Shown in pieces: positions 1-15,000 of a stretch of DNA of 64,000 nt (positions are counted from its first letter, which is position 1; each line of letters starts with the position of its first letter). The DNA is from Eledone cirrhosa (taxonomy: Eukaryota): NCBI GenBank assembly GCA_964016885.1, contig OZ024747.1, positions 90,396,001 through 90,460,000 of the forward strand, written 5' to 3'. The translations under genes and the position numbers were made by a program. The notes under the pieces were generated by a model, which did not search any database, was not told where the DNA came from, and saw only the letters and a list, made by a program, of their open reading frames with translations.

Positions 1-3000
1 TCCCTTTCCTTATCTCACCCCTATGTCTGTAAACACACTATGTCTCCCTTTCCTTATCTCATCTCTATCTTTATAAACACACTATGTCTTCCTTTCCTTA
101 TCTCACCTCTATCTCTGTAAACACACTATGTCTCCCTTTCCTTATCTCACCTCTATCTCTGTAAACACACTATGTCTCCCTTTCCTTATCTCACCTCTAT
201 CTCTGTAAACACACTATGTCTCCCTTTCCTTATCTCACCTCTATCTCTGTAAACACACTATGTCTCCCTTTCCTTATCTCACCTCTATCTATGTAAACAC
301 ACTATGTCTCCCTTTCCTTATCTCACCTCTATCTCTATAAACACACTATGTCTCCCTTTCCTTATCTCACCCCTATCTCTGTAAACACACTATGTCTCCC
401 TTTCCTTATCTCACCTCTATCTCTGTAAACACACTATGTCTCCCTTTCCTTATCTCACCTCTATCTCTATAAACACACTATGTCTCCCTTTCCTTATCTC
501 ACCTCTATCTTTATAAACACACTATGTCTCCCTTTCCTTATCTCACCTCTATCTCTGTAAACACACTATGTCTCCCTTTCCTTATCTCACCTCTATCTAT
601 GTAAACACACTATGTCTCCCTTTCCTTATCTCACCTCTATCTCTGTAAACACACTATGTCTCCCTTTCCTTATCTCACCTCTATCTTTATAAACACACTA
701 TGTCTCCCTTTCCTTATCTCACCTCTATCTCTGTAAACACACTATGTCTCCCTTTCCTTATCTCACCTCTATCTCTGTAAACACACTATGTCTCCCTTTC
801 ATTATCTCACCTCTAACTCTGTAAACACACTATGTCTCCCTTTCCTTATCTCACCTCTCTCTCTGTAAACACACTATGTCTCCCTTTCCTTATCTCACCT
901 CTATCTCTGTAAACACACTATGTCTCCCTTTCCTTATCTCACCTCTATCTCTGTAAACACACTATGTCTCCCTTTCATTATCTCACCTCTAACTCTGTAA
1001 ACACACTATGTCTCCCTTTCCTTATCTCACCTCTAACTCTGTAAACACACTATGTCTCCCTTTCCTTATCTCACCTCTATCTCTGTAAACACACTATGTC
1101 TCCCTTTCCTTATCTCACCTCTATCTTTATAAACACACTATGTCTCCCTTTCCTTATCTCACCTCTATCTCTGTAAACACACTATGTCTCCCTTTCCTTA
1201 TCTCACCTCTATCTCTGTAAACACACTATGTCTCCCTTTCATTATCTCACCTCTAACTCTGTAAACACACTATGTCTCCCTTTCCTTATCTCACCTCTCT
1301 CTCTGTAAACACACTATGTCTCCCTTTCCTTATCTCACCTCTATCTCTGTAAACACACTATGTCTCCCTTTCCTTATCTCACCTCTATCTCTGTAAACAC
1401 ACTATGTCTCCCTTTCATTATCTCACCTCTAACTCTGTAAACACACTATGTCTCCCTTTCCTTATCTCACCTCTAACTCTGTAAACACACTATGTCTCCC
1501 TTTCCTTATCTCACCTCTATCTCTGTAAACACACTATGTCTCCCTTTCCTTATCTCACCTCTATATTTTATAAACACACTGTGTCTTCCTTTCCTTATCT
1601 CACCCCTATCTTTATAAACACACTATGTCTCCCTTTCCTTATCTCACCTCTATCTTTGTAAACACACTATGTCTCCCTGTCCTTATCTCACCTCTATCTC
1701 TGTAAACACACTATGTCTCCCTTTCCTTATCTCACCTCTATCTTTGTAAACACACTATGTCTCTCTTTCCTTATCTCACCCCTATGTCTGTAAACACACT
1801 ATGTCTCCCTTCCCTTATCTCACCCCTATCTTTATAAACACACTATGTCTCCCTTTCCTTATCTCACCCCTATGTCTGTAAACACACTATGTCTCCCTTT
1901 CCTTATCTCATCTCTATCTTTATAAACACACTATGTCTTCCTTTCCTTATCTCACCTCTATCTCTGTAAACACACTATGTCTCCCTTTCCTTATCTCACC
2001 TCTATCTCTGTAAACACACTATGTCTCCCTTTCCTTATCTCACCTCTATCTCTGTAAACACACTATGTCTCCCTTTCCTTATCTCACCTCTATCTCTGTA
2101 AACACACTATGTCTCCCTTTCCTTATCTCACCTCTATCTATGTAAACACACTATGTCTCCCTTTCCTTATCTCACCTCTATCTCTATAAACACACTATGT
2201 CTCCCTTTCCTTATCTCACCCCTATCTCTGTAAACACACTATGTCTCCCTTTCCTTATCTCACCTCTATCTCTGTAAACACACTATGTCTCCCTTTCCTT
2301 ATCTCACCTCTATCTCTATAAACACACTATGTCTCCCTTTCCTTATCTCACCTCTATCTTTATAAACACACTATGTCTCCCTTTCCTTATCTCACCTCTA
2401 TCTCTGTAAACACACTATGTCTCCCTTTCCTTATCTCACCTCTATCTATGTAAACACACTATGTCTCCCTTTCCTTATCTCACCTCTATCTCTGTAAACA
2501 CACTATGTCTCCCTTTCCTTATCTCACCTCTATCTTTATAAACACACTATGTCTCCCTTTCCTTATCTCACCTCTATCTCTGTAAACACACTATGTCTCC
2601 CTTTCCTTATCTCACCTCTATCTCTGTAAACACACTATGTCTCCCTTTCATTATCTCACCTCTAACTCTGTAAACACACTATGTCTCCCTTTCCTTATCT
2701 CACCTCTCTCTCTGTAAACACACTATGTCTCCCTTTCCTTATCTCACCTCTATCTCTGTAAACACACTATGTCTCCCTTTCCTTATCTCACCTCTATCTC
2801 TGTAAACACACTATGTCTCCCTTTCATTATCTCACCTCTAACTCTGTAAACACACTATGTCTCCCTTTCCTTATCTCACCTCTAACTCTGTAAACACACT
2901 ATGTCTCCCTTTCCTTATCTCACCTCTCTCTCTGTAAACACACTATGTCTCCCTTTCCTTATCTCACCTCTATCTCTGTAAACACACTATGTCTCCCTTT

Positions 3001-6000
3001 CCTTATCTCACCTCTATCTCTGTAAACACACTATGTCTCCCTTTCATTATCTCACCTCTATCTCTGTAAACACACTATGTCTCCCTTTCCTTATCTCACC
3101 TCTATCTCTGTAAACACACTATGTCTCCCATCCCTTATCTCACCCCTATCTTTATAAACACACTTTGTCACCCTTTCCTTATCTCACCTCTATCTTTGTA
3201 AACACAATATGTCTCCCCTTCCTTATCTCACCCCTATGTCTGTAAACACACTATGTCTCTCTTTCCTTATCTCACCTCTATCTTTATAAACACACTTTGT
3301 CTCCCTTTGCTTATCTCACCTCTATCTCTGTAAACACACTATGTCTCCCTTTCCTTATCTCACCTCTATCTCTGTAAACACACTATGTCTCCCTTTCCTT
3401 ATCTCACCTCTATCTTTGTAAACACACTATGTCTCCCTTTCCTTATCTCACCTCTATCTTTATAAACACACTATGTCTCCCTTTCCTTATCTCACCCCTA
3501 TCTTTGTAAACACACTATGTCTCTCTTTCCTTATCTCACCTCTATCTCTGTAAACACACTATGTCTCTCTTTCCTTGTCTCACCTCTATCTTTGTAAACA
3601 CACTATGTCTCCCTTTCCTTATCTCACCTCTATCTCTGTAAACACACTATGTCTCCCTTTCCTTATCTCACCTCTATCTTTATAAACACACTATGTCTCC
3701 CTTTCCTTATCTCACCGCTATCTCTGTAAACACACTATGTCTCCCTTTGCTTATCTCACCTCTATCTTTATAAACACACTTTGTCTCCCTTTGCTTATCT
3801 CACCTCTATCTCTGTAAACACACTATGTCTCCCTTTCCTTATCTTACCTCTATCTCTGTAAACACACTATGTCTCCCTTTCCTTATCTTACCTCTATCTC
3901 TGTAAACACACTATGTCTCCCTTTCCTTATCTCACCGCTATCTCTGTAAACACACTATGTCTCCCTTTCCTTATCTCACCTCTATCTTTATAAACACACT
4001 ATGTCTCCCTTTCCTTATCTCACCTCTATCTTTATAAACACACTATGTCTCCCTTTCCTTATCTCACCTCTATCTCTGTAAACACACTATGTCTCCCTTT
4101 CCTTATCTCACCCCTATCTTTATAAACACACTATGTCTCCCTTTCCTTATCTCACCTCTATCTCTGTAAACACATTATGTCCCCCTTTCCTTATCTCACC
4201 TCTATCTTTGTAAACACACTATGTCCCCCTTTCCTTATCTCACCTCTATCTTTATAAACACACTATGTCTCCCTTTCCTTATCTCACCTCTATCTTTATA
4301 AACACACTATGTCTCCCTTTCCTTATCTCACCTCTATCTCTGTAAACACATTATGTCCCCCTTTCCTTATCTCACCTCTATCTTTGTAAACACACTATGT
4401 CTCCCTTTCCTTATCTCACCTCTAACTCTGTAAACACACTATGTCTCCCTTTCCTTATCTCACCCCTATGTCTGTAAACACACTATGTCTCCCTTTCCTT
4501 ATCTCACCTCTATCTTTGTAAACACACTATGTCTCTCTTTCCTTATCTCACCCCTATGTCTGTAAACACACTATGTCTCCCTTCCCTTATCTCACCCCTA
4601 TCTTTATAAACACACTATGTCTCCCTTTCCTTATCTCACCCCTATGTCTGTAAACACACTATGTCTCCCTTTCCTTATCTCATCTCTATCTTTATAAACA
4701 CACTATGTCTTCCTTTCCTTATCTCACCTCTATCTCTGTAAACACACTATGTCTCCCTTTCCTTATCTCACCTCTATCTCTGTAAACACACTATGTCTCC
4801 CTTTCCTTATCTCACCTCTATCTCTGTAAACACACTATGTCTCCCTTTCCTTATCTCACCTCTATCTCTGTAAACACACTATGTCTCCCTTTCCTTATCT
4901 CACCTCTATCTATGTAAACACACTATGTCTCCCTTTCCTTATCTCACCTCTATCTCTATAAACACACTATGTCTCCCTTTCCTTATCTCACCCCTATCTC
5001 TGTAAACACACTATGTCTCCCTTTCCTTATCTCACCTCTATCTCTGTAAACACACTATGTCTCCCTTTCCTTATCTCACCTCTATCTCTATAAACACACT
5101 ATGTCTCCCTTTCCTTATCTCACCTCTATCTTTATAAACACACTATGTCTCCCTTTCCTTATCTCACCTCTATCTCTGTAAACACACTATGTCTCCCTTT
5201 CCTTATCTCACCTCTATCTATGTAAACACACTATGTCTCCCTTTCCTTATCTCACCTCTATCTCTGTAAACACACTATGTCTCCCTTTCCTTATCTCACC
5301 TCTATCTTTATAAACACACTATGTCTCCCTTTCCTTATCTCACCTCTATCTCTGTAAACACACTATGTCTCCCTTTCCTTATCTCACCTCTATCTCTGTA
5401 AACACACTATGTCTCCCTTTCATTATCTCACCTCTAACTCTGTAAACACACTATGTCTCCCTTTCCTTATCTCACCTCTCTCTCTGTAAACACACTATGT
5501 CTCCCTTTCCTTATCTCACCTCTATCTCTGTAAACACACTATGTCTCCCTTTCCTTATCTCACCTCTATCTCTGTAAACACACTATGTCTCCCTTTCATT
5601 ATCTCACCTCTAACTCTGTAAACACACTATGTCTCCCTTTCCTTATCTCACCTCTAACTCTGTAAACACACTATGTCTCCCTTTCCTTATCTCACCTCTC
5701 TCTCTGTAAACACACTATGTCTCCCTTTCCTTATCTCACCTCTATCTCTGTAAACACACTATGTCTCCCTTTCCTTATCTCACCTCTATCTCTGTAAACA
5801 CACTATGTCTCCCTTTCATTATCTCACCTCTATCTCTGTAAACACACTATGTCTCCCTTTCCTTATCTCACCTCTATCTCTGTAAACACACTATGTCTCC
5901 CATCCCTTATCTCACCCCTATCTTTATAAACACACTTTGTCACCCTTTCCTTATCTCACCTCTATCTTTGTAAACACAATATGTCTCCCCTTCCTTATCT

Positions 6001-9000
6001 CACCCCTATGTCTGTAAACACACTATGTCTCTCTTTCCTTATCTCACCTCTATCTTTATAAACACACTTTGTCTCCCTTTGCTTATCTCACCTCTATCTC
6101 TGTAAACACACTATGTCTCCCTTTCCTTATCTCACCTCTATCTCTGTAAACACACTATGTCTCCCTTTCCTTATCTCACCTCTATCTTTGTAAACACACT
6201 ATGTCTCCCTTTCCTTATCTCACCTCTATCTTTATAAACACACTATGTCTCCCTTTCCTTATCTCACCCCTATCTTTGTAAACACACTATGTCTCTCTTT
6301 CCTTATCTCACCTCTATCTCTGTAAACACACTATGTCTCTCTTTCCTTGTCTCACCTCTATCTTTGTAAACACACTATGTCTCCCTTTCCTTATCTCACC
6401 TCTATCTCTGTAAACACACTATGTCTCCCTTTCCTTATCTCACCTCTATCTTTATAAACACACTATGTCTCCCTTTCCTTATCTCACCGCTATCTCTGTA
6501 AACACACTATGTCTCCCTTTGCTTATCTCACCTCTATCTTTATAAACACACTTTGTCTCCCTTTGCTTATCTCACCTCTATCTCTGTAAACACACTATGT
6601 CTCCCTTTCCTTATCTTACCTCTATCTCTGTAAACACACTATGTCTCCCTTTCCTTATCTTACCTCTATCTCTGTAAACACACTATGTCTCCCTTTCCTT
6701 ATCTCACCGCTATCTCTGTAAACACACTATGTCTCCCTTTCCTTATCTCACCTCTATCTTTATAAACACACTATGTCTCCCTTTCCTTATCTCACCTCTA
6801 TCTTTATAAACACACTATGTCTCCCTTTCCTTATCTCACCTCTATCTCTGTAAACACACTATGTCTCCCTTTCCTTATCTCACCCCTATCTTTATAAACA
6901 CACTATGTCTCCCTTTCCTTATCTCACCTCTATCTCTGTAAACACATTATGTCCCCCTTTCCTTATCTCACCTCTATCTTTGTAAACACACTATGTCCCC
7001 CTTTCCTTATCTCACCTCTATCTTTATAAACACACTATGTCTCCCTTTCCTTATCTCACCTCTATCTTTATAAACACACTATGTCTCCCTTTCCTTATCT
7101 CACCTCTATCTCTGTAAACACATTATGTCCCCCTTTCCTTATCTCACCTCTATCTTTGTAAACACACTATGTCTCCCTTTCCTTATCTCACCTCTAACTC
7201 TGTAAACACACTATGTCTCCCTTTCCTTATCTCACCCCTATGTCTGTAAACACACTATGTCTCCCTTTCCTTATCTCACCTCTATCTTTATAAACAGACT
7301 ATGTCTCCCTTTCCTTATCTCACCTCTATCTCTGTAAACACACTATGTCTTCCTTTCCTTATCTCACCTCTATCTTTATAAACACACTATATCTCCCTTT
7401 CCTTATCTCACCTCTATCTATGTAAACACACTATGTCTCCCTTTCCTTATCTCACCTCTATCTCTATAAACACACTATGTCTCCCTTTCCTTATCTCACC
7501 CCTATGTCTGTAAACACACTATGTCTCCCTTTCCTTATCTCACCTCTATCTTTATAAACACACTATGTCTCCCTTTCCTTATCTCACCTCTATCTCTGTA
7601 AATACACTATGTCTCCCTTTCCTTATCTCACCTCTATCTCTGTAAATACACTATGTCTCCCTTTCCTTATCTCACCTCTAACTCTGTAAACACACTATGT
7701 CTCCCTTTCCTTATCTCACCTCTAACTCTGTAAACACACTATGTCTCCCTTTCCTTATCTCACCTCTATCTCTGTAAACACACTATGTCTCCCTTTCCTT
7801 ATCTCACCTCTATCTCTGTAAACACACTATGTCTCCCTTTCCTTATCTCACCTCTAACTCTGTAAACACACTATGTCTCCCTTTCCTTATCTCACCTCTA
7901 TCTCTGTAAACACACTATGTCTCCCTTTCCTTATCTCACCTCTATCTCTGTAAACACACTATGTCTCCCTTTCCTTATCTCACCTCTATCTCTGTAAACA
8001 CACTATGTCTCCCTTTCCTTATCTCACCTCTATCTATGTAAACACACTATGTCTCCCTTTCCTTATCTCACCTCTATCTCTGTAAACACACTATGTCTCC
8101 CTTTCCTTATCTCACCCCTATGTCTGTAAACACACTATGTCTCCCTTTCCTTATCTCACCTCTATCTCTGTAAACACACTGTGTCTCCCTTTCCTTATCT
8201 CACCTCTATCTCTGTAAACACACTATGTCTCCCTTTCCTTATCTCACCTCTATCTCTGTAAACACACTATGTCTCCCTTTCCTTATCTCACCCCTATCTC
8301 TGTAAACACACTATGTCTCCCTTTCCTTATCTCACCTCTATCTCTGTAAACACACTATGTCTCCCTTTCCTTATCTCACCTCTATCTCTGTAAACACACT
8401 ATGTCTCCCTTTCCTTATCTCACCTCTCTCTCTGTAAACACACTATGTCTCCCTTTCCTTATCTCACCTCTATCTTTATAAACACACTATGTCTCTCATT
8501 CCTTATCTCACCTCTATCTCTGTAAACACACTATGTCTCCCTTTCCTTATCTCACCTCTATCTCTATAAACACACTATGTCTCCCTTTCCTTATCTCACC
8601 TCTATCTTTATAAACACACTATGTCTCTCATTCCTTATCTCACCTCTATCTCTGTAAACACACTATGTCTCCCTTTCCTTATCTCACCTCTATCTCTGTA
8701 AACACACTGTGTCTCCCTTTCCTTATCTCACATCTATCTCTGTAAACACACTATGTCTCCCTTTCCTTATCTCACCTCTATCTCTGTAAACACACTATGT
8801 CTCCCTTTCCTTATCTCACCTCTCTCTCTGTAAACACACTATGTCTCCCTTTCCTTATCTCACCTCTATCTTTATAAACACACTATGTCTCTCATTCCTT
8901 ATCTCACCTCTATCTCTGTAAACACACTATGTCTCCCTTTCCTTATCTCACCTCTATCTCTATAAACACACTATGTCTCCCTTTCCTTATCTCACCTCTA

Positions 9001-12000
9001 TCTTTATAAACACACTATGTCTCTCATTCCTTATCTCACCTCTATCTCTGTAAACACACTATGTCTCCCTTTCCTTATCTCACCTCTATCTTTGTAAACA
9101 CACTATGTCTCTCTTTCCTTATCTCACCTCTATCTTTGTAAACACACTATGTCTCCCTTTCCTTATCTCACCTCTATCTCTGTAAACACACTGTGTCTCC
9201 CTTTCCTTATCTCACCCCTATCTTTATAAACACACTATGTCTCCCTTTCCTTATCTCACCTCTATCTTTGTAAACACACTATGTCTCCCTGTCCTTATCT
9301 CAACTCTATCTCTGTAAACACACTATGTCTCCCTTTCCTTATCTCACCCCTATCTTTATAAACACACTATGTCTCCCTTTCCTTATCTCACCTCTATCTC
9401 TGTAAACACACTATGTCTCCCTTTCCTTATCTCACCTCTAACTCTGTAAACACACTATGTCTCCCTTTCCTTATCTCACCTCTATCTCTGTAAACACACT
9501 ATGTCTCCCTTTCCTTATCTCACCTCTATCTATGTAAACACACTATGTCTCCCTTTCCTTATCTCACCTCTATCTCTATAAACACACTATGTCTCCCTTT
9601 CCTTATCTCACCCCTATCTCTGTAAACACACTATGTCTCCCTTTCCTTATCTCACCTCTATCTCTGTAAACACACTATGTCTCCCTTTCCTTATCTCACC
9701 TCTATCTCTATAAACACACTATGTCTCCCTTTCCTTATCTCACCTCTATCTTTATAAACACACTATGTCTCCCTTTCCTTATCTCACCTCTATCTCTGTA
9801 AACACACTATGTCTCCCTTTCCTTATCTCACCTCTATCTATGTAAACACACTATGTCTCCCTTTCCTTATCTCACCTCTATCTCTGTAAACACACTATGT
9901 CTCCCTTTCCTTATCTCACCTCTATCTTTATAAACACACTATGTCTCCCTTTCCTTATCTCACCTCTATCTCTGTAAACACACTATGTCTCCCTTTCCTT
10001 ATCTCACCTCTATCTCTGTAAACACACTATGTCTCCCTTTCATTATCTCACCTCTAACTCTGTAAACACACTATGTCTCCCTTTCCTTATCTCACCTCTC
10101 TCTCTGTAAACACACTATGTCTCCCTTTCCTTATCTCACCTCTATCTCTGTAAACACACTATGTCTCCCTTTCCTTATCTCACCTCTATCTCTGTAAACA
10201 CACTATGTCTCCCTTTCATTATCTCACCTCTAACTCTGTAAACACACTATGTCTCCCTTTCCTTATCTCACCTCTAACTCTGTAAACACACTATGTCTCC
10301 CTTTCCTTATCTCACCTCTATCTCTGTAAACACACTATGTCTCCCTTTCCTTATCTCACCTCTATATTTTATAAACACACTGTGTCTCCCTTTCCTTATC
10401 TCACCCCTATCTTTATAAACACACTATGTCTCCCTTTCCTTATCTCACCTCTATCTTTGTAAACACACTATGTCTCCCTGTCCTTATCTCACCTCTATCT
10501 CTGTAAACACACTATGTCTCCCTTTCCTTATCTCACCTCTATCTTTGTAAACACACTATGTCTCTCTTTCCTTATCTCACCCCTATGTCTGTAAACACAC
10601 TATGTCTCCCTTCCCTTATCTCACCCCTATCTTTATAAACACACTATGTCTCCCTTTCCTTATCTCACCCCTATGTCTGTAAACACACTATGTCTCCCTT
10701 TCCTTATCTCATCTCTATCTTTATAAACACACTATGTCTTCCTTTCCTTATCTCACCTCTATCTCTGTAAACACACTATGTCTCCCTTTCCTTATCTCAC
10801 CTCTATCTCTGTAAACACACTATGTCTCCCTTTCCTTATCTCACCTCTATCTCTGTAAACACACTATGTCTCCCTTTCCTTATCTCACCTCTATCTCTGT
10901 AAACACACTATGTCTCCCTTTCCTTATCTCACCTCTATCTATGTAAACACACTATGTCTCCCTTTCCTTATCTCACCTCTATCTCTATAAACACACTATG
11001 TCTCCCTTTCCTTATCTCACCCCTATCTCTGTAAACACACTATGTCTCCCTTTCCTTATCTCACCTCTATCTCTGTAAACACACTATGTCTCCCTTTCCT
11101 TATCTCACCTCTATCTCTATAAACACACTATGTCTCCCTTTCCTTATCTCACCTCTATCTTTATAAACACACTATGTCTCCCTTTCCTTATCTCACCTCT
11201 ATCTCTGTAAACACACTATGTCTCCCTTTCCTTATCTCACCTCTATCTTTATAAACACACTATGTCTCTCATTCCTTATCTCACCTCTATCTCTGTAAAC
11301 ACACTATGTCTCCCTTTCCTTATCTCACCTCTATCTCTATAAACACACTATGTCTCCCTTTCCTTATCTCACCTCTATCTTTATAAACACACTATGTCTC
11401 TCATTCCTTATCTCACCTCTATCTCTGTAAACACACTATGTCTCCCTTTCCTTATCTCACCTCTATCTCTGTAAACACACTGTGTCTCCCTTTCCTTATC
11501 TCACATCTATCTCTGTAAACACACTATGTCTCCCTTTCCTTATCTCACCTCTATCTCTGTAAACACACTATGTCTCCCTTTCCTTATCTCACCTCTATCT
11601 CTGTAAACACACTATGTCTCCCTTTCCTTATCTCACCTCTCTCTCTGTAAACACACTATGTCTCCCTTTCCTTATCTCACCTCTATCTTTATAAACACAC
11701 TATGTCTCTCATTCCTTATCTCACCTCTATCTCTGTAAACACACTATGTCTCCCTTTCCTTATCTCACCTCTATCTCTATAAACACACTATGTCTCCCTT
11801 TCCTTATCTCACCTCTATCTTTATAAACACACTATGTCTCTCATTCCTTATCTCACCTCTATCTCTGTAAACACACTATGTCTCCCTTTCCTTATCTCAC
11901 CTCTATCTTTGTAAACACACTATGTCTCTCTTTCCTTATCTCACCTCTATCTTTGTAAACACACTATGTCTCCCTTTCCTTATCTCACCTCTATCTCTGT

Positions 12001-15000
12001 AAACACACTGTGTCTCCCTTTCCTTATCTCACCCCTATCTTTATAAACACACTATGTCTCCCTTTCCTTATCTCACCTCTATCTTTGTAAACACACTATG
12101 TCTCCCTGTCCTTATCTCAACTCTATCTCTGTAAACACACTATGTCTCCCTTTCCTTATCTCACCCCTATCTTTATAAACACACTATGTCTCCCTTTCCT
12201 TATCTCACCTCTATCTCTGTAAACACACTATGTCTCCCTTTCCTTATCTCACCTCTAACTCTGTAAACACACTATGTCTCCCTTTCCTTATCTCACCTCT
12301 ATCTCTGTAAACACACTATGTCTCCCTTTCCTTATCTCACCTCTATCTATGTAAACACACTATGTCTCCCTTTCCTTATCTCACCTCTATCTCTATAAAC
12401 ACACTATGTCTCCCTTTCCTTATCTCACCCCTATCTCTGTAAACACACTATGTCTCCCTTTCCTTATCTCACCTCTATCTCTGTAAACACACTATGTCTC
12501 CCTTTCCTTATCTCACCTCTATCTCTGTAAACACACTATGTCTCTCTTTCCTTATCTCACCTCTATCTCTGTAAACACACTATGTCTCCCTTTCCTTATC
12601 TCACCTCTATCTCTATAAACACACTATGTCTCCCTTTCCTTATCTCACCTCTATCTTTATAAACACACTATGTCTCCCTTTCCTTATCTCACCTCTATCT
12701 CTGTAAACACACTATGTCTCCCTTTCCTTATCTCACCTCTATCTCTGTAAACACACTATGTCTCCCTTTCCTTATCTCACCTCTCTCTCTGTAAACACAC
12801 TATGTCTCCCTTTCCTTATCTCACCTCTATCTTTATAAACACACTATGTCTCTCATTCCTTATCTCACCTCTATCTCTGTAAACACACTATGTCTCCCTT
12901 TCCTTATCTCACCTCTATCTCTATAAACACACTATGTCTCCCTTTCCTTATCTCACCTCTATCTTTATAAACACACTATGTCTCTCATTCCTTATCTCAC
13001 CTCTATCTCTGTAAACACACTATGTCTCCCTTTCCTTATCTCACCTCTATCTCTGTAAACACACTGTGTCTCCCTTTCCTTATCTCACATCTATCTCTGT
13101 AAACACACTATGTCTCCCTTTCCTTATCTCACCTCTATCTCTGTAAACACACTATGTCTCCCTTTCCTTATCTCACCTCTCTCTCTGTAAACACACTATG
13201 TCTCCCTTTCCTTATCTCACCTCTATCTTTATAAACACACTATGTCTCTCATTCCTTATCTCACCTCTATCTCTGTAAACACACTATGTCTCCCTTTCCT
13301 TATCTCACCTCTATCTCTATAAACACACTATGTCTCCCTTTCCTTATCTCACCTCTATCTTTATAAACACACTATGTCTCTCATTCCTTATCTCACCTCT
13401 ATCTCTGTAAACACACTATGTCTCCCTTTCCTTATCTCACCTCTATCTTTGTAAACACACTATGTCTCTCTTTCCTTATCTCACCTCTATCTTTGTAAAC
13501 ACACTATGTCTCCCTTTCCTTATCTCACCTCTATCTCTGTAAACACACTGTGTCTCCCTTTCCTTATCTCACCCCTATCTTTATAAACACACTATGTCTC
13601 CCTTTCCTTATCTCACCTCTATCTTTGTAAACACACTATGTCTCCCTGTCCTTATCTCAACTCTATCTCTGTAAACACACTATGTCTCCCTTTCCTTATC
13701 TCACCCCTATCTTTATAAACACACTATGTCTCCCTTTCCTCATCTCACCTCTATCTCTGTAAACACACTATGTCTCCCTTTCCTTATCTCACCTCTAACT
13801 CTGTAAACACACTATGTCTCCCTTTCCTTATCTCACCTCTATCTCTGTAAACACACTATGTCTCCCTTTCCTTATCTCACCTCTATCTATGTAAACACAC
13901 TATGTCTCCCTTTCCTTATCTCACCTCTATCTCTATAAACACACTATGTCTCCCTTTCCTTATCTCACCCCTATCTCTGTAAACACACTATGTCTCCCTT
14001 TCCTTATCTCACCTCTATCTCTGTAAACACACTATGTCTCCCTTTCCTTATCTCACCTCTATCTCTATAAACACACTATGTCTCCCTTTCCTTATCTCAC
14101 CTCTATCTTTATAAACACACTATGTCTCCCTTTCCTTATCTCACCTCTATCTCTGTAAACACACTATGTCTCCCTTTCCTTATCTCACCTCTATCTATGT
14201 AAACACACTATGTCTCCCTTTCCTTATCTCACCTCTATCTCTGTAAACACACTATGTCTCCCTTTCCTTATCTCACCTCTATCTTTATAAACACACTATG
14301 TCTCCCTTTCCTTATCTCACCTCTATCTCTGTAAACACACTATGTCTCCCTTTCCTTATCTCACCTCTATCTCTGTAAACACACTATGTCTCCCTTTCAT
14401 TATCTCACCTCTAACTCTGTAAACACACTATGTCTCCCTTTCCTTATCTCACCTCTCTCTCTGTAAACACACTATGTCTCCCTTTCCTTATCTCACCTCT
14501 ATCTCTGTAAACACACTATGTCTCCCTTTCCTTATCTCACCTCTATCTCTGTAAACACACTATGTCTCCCTTTCATTATCTCACCTCTAACTCTGTAAAC
14601 ACACTATGTCTCCCTTTCCTTATCTCACCTCTAACTCTGTAAACACACTATGTCTCCCTTTCCTTATCTCACCTCTATCTCTGTAAACACACTATGTCTC
14701 CCTTTCCTTATCTCACCTCTATATTTTATAAACACACTGTGTCTCCCTTTCCTTATCTCACCCCTATCTTTATAAACACACTATGTCTCCCTTTCCTTAT
14801 CTCACCTCTATCTTTGTAAACACACTATGTCTCCCTGTCCTTATCTCACCTCTATCTCTGTAAACACACTATGTCTCCCTTTCCTTATCTCACCTCTATC
14901 TTTGTAAACACACTATGTCTCTCTTTCCTTATCTCACCCCTATGTCTGTAAACACACTATGTCTCCCTTACCTTATCTCACCCCTATCTTTATAAACACA

